Of a stretch of 64,000 bases of DNA, positions 1-15,050 are shown one piece after another (positions within the stretch are counted from its first letter, which is position 1; each line of letters starts with the position of its first letter). The DNA lies in assembly GCA_965240325.2 (NCBI GenBank), contig OZ251222.1, positions 3,782,001-3,846,000 on the forward strand, written 5' to 3'. Under the pieces are notes generated by a model. That model did no database searches. It was given only the letters and a program-made list of their open reading frames with translations, and was not told the DNA's origin. A program made the position numbers and the translations under genes. This DNA is from Rebecca billardiae RCC1528. Its lineage: Eukaryota; Protista; Haptophyta.

Positions 1-2
1 TG

Positions 3-5840
<5,838 letters not shown>

Positions 5841-6282
5841 TGCGCGACTATCATCATCATATCGATCGTCGTCGCATCGACGGTCGTCGATCAGAGCCGT
5901 CGGATCGTATAAGCTACAGCAGTAGCGCTAGCCAGTAGTCGACGCGATCAGCAATAATCCAATATGCGTGGCGTTATATCTGAGTGTCTATTCAACAGCA
6001 CGGCGCCGTCGGCTTGCGCGCGCCGCGTGTAGTAATGGCGTACTTATTCACGTCATCATCAATGTGCTTTGTGGTGTACTACCTGGTTGTTCGTCGTCAA
6101 ATCGATCGTGCCTTGATGGTTATCCTCGTCGTAGATCACCGTCGTGGGCTCCACAACCGGCTCGTTCAAACTAACGTGACCAGGTCGCGCAGCACTGGTA
6201 GATCACCTCGCGGCAGCACTCGTTCCCCTCCAAGAAGGCCGTGCTGAGCCGGCTGAGATGTCAGCTTGGGCAGGCAGCGCGC

Positions 6283-6927
6283 TCAGCATCGGCCGCCTGG
6301 CGCAGGCGCCATCGATGACATGAGCGAGGCGCACCTGCTTCTCGCGCTTCGATGGCGAGAGGCGCGCGTCACGACCAGCGCCGCAGCCGACAGCACCACG
6401 AGCGCGATCACGGCCGCGGCCGTTGCCATCGCCATCGGGAGTGCCGAGATGAAGTACTTGGCTGACGATGCGGCCCGGCCGCACACCCAGGACGACGAGG
6501 GCATGCCGGCCGAGAGCTCGGGGCCGTCTTGGAGGTCGCTCGGCGAGCCGAGGCCACTGCCGTGCATACTGCATGCGGGACTTGAGTATGAACCTTGCAG
6601 CCGACCCGAAGATCTGCGCACGCCGCGTGCGGGGCCGGCAGCGTGTGGTGGCCGCCAGCAGGGCTCGTCAGTGCGCGCAGAGCCGCGGCGGCGCGCACCG
6701 CGGCGGAGCGAGCGGCATCGCACACACGCGGCGCGACGGACGGCGCCTTCGCGCTAGCGCCTGGCCCTCGAGGCAGGGCGGGGCCAGCCGAGCGCACGCA
6801 GGGCAGTTGCGCACACACCCTGACGCAGAAGAGGGGACGATCCACGCAGTAGTCGGGTGGCGGCACGGACGGCGGCGACCGTGGTGGCGACGGTGGCGGT
6901 GGCGCCGGCGGCGAGGGAGGAGGCGAA

Positions 6928-6958
<31 letters not shown>

Positions 6959-7100
6959 CGGCGAGGGCGGCGACGGCAGCATGCCTGCGGTCGGCCGTCA
7001 TGGGCGAGCCGGTGGATCGGAGCCAACTGGATGGCAGGATGGGCTCGGTCGCAGCCGAGTCAACAGGTAGGTGATCCGGCGCGAGCAGCACCGCCGACAT
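6283..7100 (-). CDS. Possible small spliced gene or relic: Pro-rich stalk, Cys motif, C-terminal TM helix
   Basis: PPPPSPPPSPPAPPPP...DYCVDRPLFC lies in one frame (~6820-6970) and hydrophobic AAAVIALVVLSAAALVV in another (~6365-6425). An intron-like GC tract ending GCGCAG separates them. Exon structure not resolved. Confidence 0.3.
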
Positions 7101-7505
7101 GCGGCATGTTGGACGAGGTGAGTCATGCAGCGCTCGGCTCGCGGCACGGAGCGGCCACGGGCACGTGATCGGCGTGGAGTGATGCTGGCCTCGGCAAGCT
7201 GCGCCAGACACGCTGCCTACAGGCCTGCCAGGATGCACTGAGCAAGCTGCGCCAGTGGGCGTGGCAGCGACATGCGTCTCTAGCTGCGCCGTGACATCTT
7301 GACGCGCTGGCCACCGCCCGGCGCCCAGCGCGCGCGGCTCAGGCTGGAGCCGCTCCGGATGATGAATCGATGATCTTCCGACGACGCTACTTTCAAGGGC
7401 CCTTGGCAGTGTCGGATGGCGAGCGGCTTGTATTCTCAAGCCAAGTGTGATGCACTCAAAATCTCAGTAAACTGTATTTTTACTTACGCCATCGCCCGAG
7501 AATCC

Positions 7506-9848
7506 ATGCCCGGTATCGCCGCGACGAAACTCACGGAAGATACCCAGGCCGTCTTTCGTTCGTCAATAATTCCGCCCGATGGTATGTCGTCGCTGCAAGG
7601 GGCTATGCCCGACGCCGAGGGGGTGATGGGTGGAGGCATCGGCGCGCACCTCTCGCTGCACCACGACGCCGCGGGCGAGCACACGTCCGAGAGCATGCGC
7701 GAGAGGGTGTCGCGGGTGCACCACTCGACGACGCAGTGGGCCGAGCTGAAGGACCTGTTGCGCGCGATCCCGCTGCAGGATGCGCTCGCCGGCGGAGGTG
7801 CCGCGTTCGCCTCGTCGAGTGACGACTCGGCCGCGCTCTACGCGCGCTCGCAGCCGGTGCGCCTCTTCGACGTGTTCATCTCGCACTCGTGGTCGACGCC
7901 GCGGCTCGACAAGTACCTCGCCATCACATCCGCGCTGAGCGTGGGGCAGGTGGCGGCGTACGCCGTGGGCGCGTGCGTCGCGTTCAGCGCGCTCACGGCG
8001 TGGGGCGTGCTGCCGCCCGCGCAGGAGCCTGTGGGCTTCTACTCGGACATCCCCGACGTGGCCGTGCCGGTCGCGCCGTGGGGCGCGCTCGGCGGCCTGC
8101 TCGGCTGCGTCGCCAGCCCGGCGCTCATCAGCGCGAGCCGGCGAGCGCGCGAGTACGCGCACGGTCAGCTGGGGTTGCGCTGGGTGCCTCGCTCGCCGCG
8201 CGTCTTCCTCGACAAGGCGTGCATCTCGCAGACTGACCCCGAGCGCAAGCGGCGCGGGATCGAGGCGATCGGCGGCTTTCTGCTTGCCTCGCAGCGCATG
8301 TTGATCGTGCTCGCGCCCGAGTACTTTGAGCGCATGTGCGTGTGGGCGCGGCCGCGCGCGTGCGCTACCACACCGCGCCGCGCCCAGTTGGGCGCGGCCG
8401 CGTGCGTGCGCTACCACACCGCGCCGCGCTCACGCCGCGCCGCGCCGCGCCGCGCGCGGCGCAGGTGGTGCTGCTTCGAGGTCGCGGCGACGATGTGGGC
8501 GGCCCAAGACGCGCAGCGCTCGGCGATGCTCCTGCCCTCGCCTGCGTCCTCGCCACTCGGCCTGCCGCGCCGTCCTGCGAGTCTCGACGCGCGCGGCGCA
8601 GAACCGCGCGGGCCCCTCTCCCTCCTGCGCCGCCGTGCCGCACGCCGCGCTTCGGATGACGGCGCGGCCGAGTTCGAGCGGCTGATCGAGGAGGGGCTCG
8701 ACCGGCGCGTCATCTTTGCGCCCGTGCGCTTGGTGCGTCTTAAGCTGTACCAGGGGCTGGTCGCACTCGCGCTGCCGATGTCGCGCCACCTGACCGGCTC
8801 GGCGGCGGTGCAGCTGCCCGAGGGCGTGTTTGCGGTTGTCGTGCTCGTCGTCCTCTTTCTGATGGTGCCCATCGTCTTTCTCTCCGTGCCGCAGCGCCGC
8901 GCGTTCGAGCGCGACCGGATCGCGCTCGACGCGCAGCTGAGCGGCTTCTCGCTCGCGGCCGCCAAGTGCATGGACGAATCGGACCGCGTGGTCGTGCAGG
9001 CACTCGTCGGGCTGTGGTACGGGGACGGGCGCGAGGCGGCGCAGTCGAGGCGCACGCGCCCCGGGGGCGCGGTCGCCGCCGTTGGCGCGGGCGCGGGGCG
9101 CGCCGACGGCGCGCAGGGCGCGCCAACTGCCGCCGCCAAGCCCGCCGCCGACCGAGCCACGCGCCTGCCGGACGCGCGCGCGGGCAGCGGCGCGGGCGAC
9201 GCGGGCGACGCGGATCGCGAGCTGCGCTTGCGCGGCGTGGCCAAGTTTGAGCTGGCGATGCGCACGACGGTGCGCGCGTATGTGAACCGCCGGCTCGGTA
9301 TCAACGAGCTCGGCGCCGTGCGGTACGGCGACTCGGACGTGCTGCTGCTGATGGGCTGGCTCGGCATGTCCGACCTGCTCACCGCGCGCGCGCGCCTGCC
9401 TGTCAGCCTCTTCGGCGGGCCGGCTGGCAAGGTGGCCGACGTCGCCGCGTACCTCGTCTTCTGCGCGACGGTCGTGCACGCGCTCATCCCTCTCGGCACC
9501 GCGCAGATCGCGCGCGCCGCGCACATCCTCGAGCGGCTGCGCGCGAACGCGGGCTGGCGGCCGCGCGCGCTTGCGTGCGCGTCGGTCGTGCTGCCGATGC
9601 TGCTCGTCGTCGCGCCTTCTGCGCTGGCGCTGCTCGTGCTCAGCATCGCCTTTGTCGCGCCGCGCTCGGTGCTGGTCGGGCGCGGGCGCGTCGAGACCGC
9701 GCTCGCGTCGATCGCGCTGCACGCGCTCATCTCGGCCGCCCTCCTCTTCTTCGCGTTCGGCCGCGGGCAGGAGGCGCTCGCCCGCGCCGTGATGCGCCGC
9801 TTCTGCCGGCTCGGGCGCAGAGGAGCCGCGGTTGACAGCGCCGGGTGA
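7506..9848 (+). CDS. Multi-TM protein with a TIR/HET-like domain split by a TM hairpin; intron 8336-8464
   Basis: Motif order: FDVFISHSW, two hydrophobic helices, VFLDKACISQ, GIEAIGGFL, MLIVLAPEYFER. Removing the GT..AG intron 8336-8464 (129 nt) gives YFERMWCCFE. About 6 further TM segments follow. Start codon uncertain (7506 or 7584). Confidence 0.8.
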   Translation: MPGIAATKLTEDTQAVFRSSIIPPDGMSSLQGAMPDAEGVMGGGIGAHLSLHHDAAGEHTSESMRERVSRVHHSTTQWAELKDLLRAIPLQDALAGGGAAFASSSDDSAALYARSQPVRLFDVFISHSWSTPRLDKYLAITSALSVGQVAAYAVGACVAFSALTAWGVLPPAQEPVGFYSDIPDVAVPVAPWGALGGLLGCVASPALISASRRAREYAHGQLGLRWVPRSPRVFLDKACISQTDPERKRRGIEAIGGFLLASQRMLIVLAPEYFERMCVWARPRACATTPRRAQLGAAACVRYHTAPRSRRAAPRRARRRWCCFEVAATMWAAQDAQRSAMLLPSPASSPLGLPRRPASLDARGAEPRGPLSLLRRRAARRASDDGAAEFERLIEEGLDRRVIFAPVRLVRLKLYQGLVALALPMSRHLTGSAAVQLPEGVFAVVVLVVLFLMVPIVFLSVPQRRAFERDRIALDAQLSGFSLAAAKCMDESDRVVVQALVGLWYGDGREAAQSRRTRPGGAVAAVGAGAGRADGAQGAPTAAAKPAADRATRLPDARAGSGAGDAGDADRELRLRGVAKFELAMRTTVRAYVNRRLGINELGAVRYGDSDVLLLMGWLGMSDLLTARARLPVSLFGGPAGKVADVAAYLVFCATVVHALIPLGTAQIARAAHILERLRANAGWRPRALACASVVLPMLLVVAPSALALLVLSIAFVAPRSVLVGRGRVETALASIALHALISAALLFFAFGRGQEALARAVMRRFCRLGRRGAAVDSAG

Positions 9849-10188
9849 GCAGCTCCGCCTGCAGCTCGCCCGGTCACGGACACGGTCACTGTGGTGGCGG
9901 TGGCCGCTGCAACGCAGCTCTGACCGTGCAGCAGCGTGGCAGCTGATGATGATGCATCAGGGGCGCCCTCATATACGCGACGTGTATATGTGGTGGTATT
10001 CAAGGCACTGCAATCATCATCAGTAATATCGATTGTCGTCGAACGAGCGACGACATCATCGTCATCGTCATGATCAGGAACGCCGCCGCCGGGCACCAGC
10101 GCCGCTCATAAATCAGCATAGCTCGCCTCATACCGCGCGACGAGTACAGCCAACAGCGCGCGCGTTATACGACGACACAGCAGCAGCA

Positions 10189-10642
10189 TCAGCCCGCCGC
10201 CACGGCGGGCAGCACGCTGCCGTCCGCGTCGCCGCCCGCCTTGGTCACGAGCTCCAGGTCGATCGTGTTGATCGAGAGGTAGTACAGCGCGACGAAGAAG
10301 CCGAGCGCGCCGAGCGCGAGCGCGGCGCGCATCGTGGTCGGGCCGACGCGCAGCCCGGCGACGGCTGCGCCGCGCGGCTCGTGCGCCATCGCCTCGATCG
10401 CGGCGCCGAGCCAGTCGGCGTACGCGCGGTACAGGGCGAGCGACGCGTCAGACATGGCGCGCTCGCCTGCGGCGGCGGCGCCCGCGCCGCCGCCGCCGAT
10501 GGCGCCGCGCCCGGGCGGCGCGGCTCCCTCGCCGCCGCCGCCATCGCCGCCGTCCGCGTCGTCTGGGTGCTCGGCCTCGGCGGCGTGGAACGAGGCGTCG
10601 TCGCCGTCGGTCGTGGCGTCGTCCTCCGCCTCCTCGTCGGCG

Positions 10643-10695
<53 letters not shown>

Positions 10696-10949
10696 GTCGG
10701 CGTGCGCGCGCTCGTGCGCGCGCAGCCGCGAGTGCGCGCCGTGCGCCGCGAGCAGAGCGACGTACTGCCGCACGCGCCGCAGCGCCTGCGTCTGCTCGCG
10801 CTGCATCTCGTTGACGCGGTACGCGGCGAAGAACGCGCCGACGACGAGCGGCATAGTGAGCAGCGTGTCGAAGGACGCGATCACCGTGAGCAGCGAGAGC
10901 CACTGCTCGCGCGGCTCGGCGGAGAGGCCACCGCCGCCGCCCCACGCTA

Positions 10950-10987
<38 letters not shown>

Positions 10988-12297
10988 CCGTGCGCGCCGC
11001 GCACGGGCAGCCACTCGCGCCCGCCGGCCGAGCGCACCTGCGACTGCGCGAGCAGCCGCGGCACGAGGTACAGCCACTGCGCCGCGAGCAGCGTCACCGC
11101 CGTCCCAAAGTAGAGCGTCGCCGGCGCGGACGCGTCGAGCGCGTCCGCGCGCAGCAGCGCGCGGATGCGCAGCCACGCGGCTCCGTTCTCGAGCAGAGCG
11201 GCGGGCGGCGCGGAGAGGCCCGCCTCGGCGTCGGCGAGCGCCTGCGGCCAGAGGCACGGCGTGAGCCGCGCGAACATCGCCCAGCGCCGCGCGAGCTCGC
11301 GCAGCCCGAGCAGGTAGAACCGCCCGTAGAAGAAGAAGGCGGCGACGAGCACGGACGAGGCACCAAGGTTTGAGATCACGACCAGCGCGCCCGCGAGGTG
11401 CGTGCGCCCGTCCGCCTCGACGCCGAGCAGCGGCGCGCCGAGGAAGGCGCGCTGCAGCGCGGGGAGCAGCGCGTGGAAGCACCCGGCGAACACGCACGCG
11501 CACGCGAACGACACCGAGAAGAGCCGGTTCGCCTTCCAGCGCGCGGCGCGCGCGCGGATGTCGGCCGCCACCTCGTCCGCGCGCCGAGCGCGCCCGCCTG
11601 GCAGCGTGAGCGTGAGCCGCGCGATGGACTGGAGGCCGCGGAGCTGGCGCATCGCGGTGCCGGCGTAGTCGTCGCCCAGCGCGGCCAGGTGCGCGCTCGC
11701 CACGAGGCACGCGAGCGGGCCGAACCCCTCGACCACCGTGACGGCGTGCGCGCCGTGCGGCGCGCGCGCGAGGAAGAGCGCGGGCGCGGCGAGCGCGAGC
11801 GTCCACGGCACGAGTGACGCGAGCAGCGGCACGCGGCCGAGGCGCTGCGCCATGGCGAACGGGAAGACCAGCCCGCGCGCGAACGCGACCGCCAGCGCGT
11901 ACGCCTCGGGCGGTGCGAGCTCCGTGCCGTCGGCGGCTGGGAACGGCGCGCCGCCCGCGGGCGCAAACGCGCCCGCCGCCGCGTCCTCCTCGTCGCGCCA
12001 GGCGCAGAGCAGCGCGGCGAGCGGCTCGTCGCCGCCAAGGAGGGCCGCACCGGTCGACGCGTCCTCAGCCGCGCTCGACAGCTCGTCCGCCAGGGTGAGC
12101 TCGTGCAAAGGCTCGCCATCGGCGTCGGCGGCCGCGCCGTCGCTGCCGCCGCCGCCCGGCGCGTGCGGCTCGTCGTCGGAGAGGCGCGCGTACGACAGGG
12201 CCGGCGCGCCAGGGAGCGAAGGCGCCGATGACATCCTCGGCGCGACCTCGCGCGGCACGGGCACCACGCGGCCGCCGTCGCCACCGCCGTCGGCCAT
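10189..12297 (-). CDS. PHTF-like / 7TM ion-channel (7TMIC) superfamily membrane protein
   Basis: About 7 hydrophobic helices. HALLPALQR, LRELARRWAMFARLT, ENGAAWLRIRALL and LGAAIEAMAHEPRGAAVAGLRVGPTTMRAALAL parallel, in order, the conserved PHTF C-terminal blocks as I recall them. ATG at 12297. Confidence 0.6.
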
Positions 12298-12465
12298 GAT
12301 CGCGCGACCGTCTTGTCGTCGGGCTCGCTCGCTTCCTGGGAATCCCCGCCCGGGCCGGCGGCGACTTCGCCGCGCCACCGGCCGGCGCGACTGGCGTCCG
12401 GACTCAGCAGCAGGCTCAAAGCTGCGGCGCTTCGCGGCCGGGCGTGAGGCGGTCGCGGGATCGGC

Positions 12466-12885
12466 ATGATGACGACCGCGAGCCTCCTCGCCGCGGCGCG
12501 CCGGGGCCTGGCGTCAGCCGCGGGCGACGGCGTCCTCGGCAAGGTGTGCCGGCTGATTCCCGGTGGTGCGCTCGTCCAGCTCCGCGACGCCGCCGAGAAG
12601 GTGAGCGTCAAGCACCCCGAGCCGCCCGCCAAGCGGCTGGCGATCCACGACGACGTCGAGCTCACGCGGCTCGGCGCGGGCGACGACGCGGGCTGGGCGG
12701 CGAAGATCATCGATGACGGCACGGGCGGCGGGGCTGGGCGCACGCGCACCGGCCTGCCTCACCTCGACGAGCGCGGCGGCGGCGGCGGCGGCGGCGGCCT
12801 GCTGAGCGACCTGCACCCGTGGCGGAAGAAGAAGAAGGGCAAGGGCGCGGGCTTCTGGGCGCAGCTGCCGGGCGGCCGCTACTAG
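12466..12885 (+). CDS. Small protein, likely mitochondrion-targeted, with an OB/S1-like beta region
   Basis: Presequence-like MMTTASLLAAARRGLAS; GKVCRLIPGGALVQL...LAIHDDVEL; coding-like codon usage; Lys-rich tail. Confidence 0.6.
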   Translation: MMTTASLLAAARRGLASAAGDGVLGKVCRLIPGGALVQLRDAAEKVSVKHPEPPAKRLAIHDDVELTRLGAGDDAGWAAKIIDDGTGGGAGRTRTGLPHLDERGGGGGGGGLLSDLHPWRKKKKGKGAGFWAQLPGGRY

Positions 12886-13401
12886 CCACCGCCGCGGCAG
12901 GGCACGCGCGTCCACTTCCGCGCCGCTGCGAGCCATAGACGGCTGCGGCACCCCAGCCTCGCGTGATGATCGATGACGGATGGCATTCCGGCATGCAAAG
13001 TGCAGACCGGCGCAAGTGTCGTCGCGTAATCCACGCATTCCGCACGCCGCCGAGACCCAGCAAGTCCCGAATGACACGCGGTCACGACAGACACGAATGT
13101 ACGACTTCCGACCCGCGGTCTCATGAATCATCCGGATATGCCATTGTTCTGTGGACGACGCGCCAGCAAACTCCTAGTAGTACATGTGTAGTGATGTATA
13201 TTATAATATTCGGCGGCGGATGAGTTTCAATCTAATCGATCTGACGATCCGTTCAGCTCGGCGCCCCCTGGGCTCGTGTGCCGTCGTCACTCGATCGTCA
13301 TCCGTGGGCCGCGAGGCAGCCGCGCGCACTCGCGCGCGCCGGTCGTCGGCCAAAGTCACACCGACGACGGGCGGTTATTGGCCACAGCCAGCAGCGCTCC
13401 G

Positions 13402-14478
13402 TCACGGCGCTGGCTCAGCCGGCGACGGGCTCGCGAGACTCTCAGCCGCGCAGCATCGCTCCAGCGCGGCGCGCACGCGGTCGCGCCGGCGCGCGTCGTC
13501 GCCGCTCGAGCCGGCGATGCCCGTGTACGCTGTCGTCAACAGCGGTTCGGTCGGTGCGGGCGGCGCGCTGGCGGGCGCGCCTGCGCCCGTGTCGGTCCCT
13601 GCCGCGTCCAGCGGCGCGCGCGCGTACGCGGCGCGGTGCGCGCCGTGGAGCGCGTGCACGCCGCCCGCGTACGCGAACGGCAGCCGCAGCACGCCCGCTG
13701 TGCGCTCGCGCTTGCGCTGCAGCCACGTGACGCACAGCCTGCGGATCCACGCGGGCTGCGCGGTCTCGTGCTGCACGACCAGCGTGACGTCCTCGCCCTC
13801 CGCGCGCAGCGTCGCCTGCAGCCGCGCCGCGGTGGCCAGGTCGTCGGCCTCGTCCGCGCGCGAGGGCGGCGGCAGGTGCGAGAGAGGCACGCCATGCAGC
13901 AGCAGCACGCCGCCTGGCGCGAGCAGCGCGTCGTGCACGGCGCACGCGGAGCCGAGCGGGTCGAGCAGGTGCCACCACGTGCTGAACGAGACGACCAGGT
14001 CGAAAGGCGCGGGCTCCGACGCCCCGTCGCCCAGCGCGGCCGCGAGCCGCTCGAGCGTGAGCGTCTCGACGTTGGCGAGCGCAAACGAGCCGTCCGGCAC
14101 GCACGGCTCGCCCGACGCACTCTGCGCGCGCTCGTCCTCCGCGGCGACTCCGACGAGGTGGGACCAGTTGATGCCCACGTGCGCGTGCACGTGCGCGAGG
14201 AACGCGCCGTCGCCGCACCCCAGGTCGAGCACGCGCACGCTCGCGCCGCGCGTGCGAGTCAGCTCGCACGCGACGTCGCACGCGTCGAGCAGCGGCACCG
14301 CGCGCGGCCGGCCGGCGTCCGCGTCCCACGCGTCGGCCCAGACGACGTACGCCGGCGCGGTCAACCGCCGGCGCGGCGCGTGTGGCGCCACGCCCGCCGC
14401 CGACGAGAAGGCCTCGTCGATCGCCGCCGCGATTGGCGCGGGCCGCGCGGCGCCCACGCGGGCCGCCATCGACGGCAT
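13402..14478 (-). CDS. Class I SAM-dependent methyltransferase
   Basis: Motif I VLDLGCGDG, FDLVVS..WWHLLDP, LLAPGGVLLL. Confidence 0.85.
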   Translation of the reverse strand: MPSMAARVGAARPAPIAAAIDEAFSSAAGVAPHAPRRRLTAPAYVVWADAWDADAGRPRAVPLLDACDVACELTRTRGASVRVLDLGCGDGAFLAHVHAHVGINWSHLVGVAAEDERAQSASGEPCVPDGSFALANVETLTLERLAAALGDGASEPAPFDLVVSFSTWWHLLDPLGSACAVHDALLAPGGVLLLHGVPLSHLPPPSRADEADDLATAARLQATLRAEGEDVTLVVQHETAQPAWIRRLCVTWLQRKRERTAGVLRLPFAYAGGVHALHGAHRAAYARAPLDAAGTDTGAGAPASAPPAPTEPLLTTAYTGIAGSSGDDARRRDRVRAALERCCAAESLASPSPAEPAP

Positions 14479-15050
14479 CGTGCGGCTTGTCTCGTCGTGT
14501 GCGTCGTGCGGACGACGGAATCGCTCCGGAACAAACGTTGGCCGTTGGCAACTCAATGTACTTTTGAGGCGCCACTTTCAACTTGGCTGCGCGCGACCAC
14601 GGGCCCGGAGTCGCGTGCGGCCGCGCGCTTCGCATCGGTGCTCGCCGCACGATCGCAGGCGCCGTGCCCGTCGGCACCCAGGGCTCAGTCTGGCGCGGCG
14701 TGCCCCGTGGCGACGCCGTGGCTGCCCGGGCCTCGATCTGCCTCGACCGCTCGGTCATCTGCTACGCTGTCACGACCGCGCGGGCAGTCTCAGGCCGCCG
14801 GCTCGGCTCACTCGGCCTGAGGCACCGGGGCCCCGCACTTGCATCCGTCGTCACACTCGTCACTGCTGCCGCGAGTGCCGAGAGCGGAGTCGTCAGTGCG
14901 ATCTAGCAGTGTGAACTGCTGCATAGTGTACAAGGTATCTCTGCAGGTCGTGTACAACAAAGGCGCGTGGAATGTTTCGCGGCGCAGATACCGGCGACGG
15001 TGCCGTAGTCACCGCCGACGTCGCCGGGGGAGCCGCTCGTCACTCAGCCA

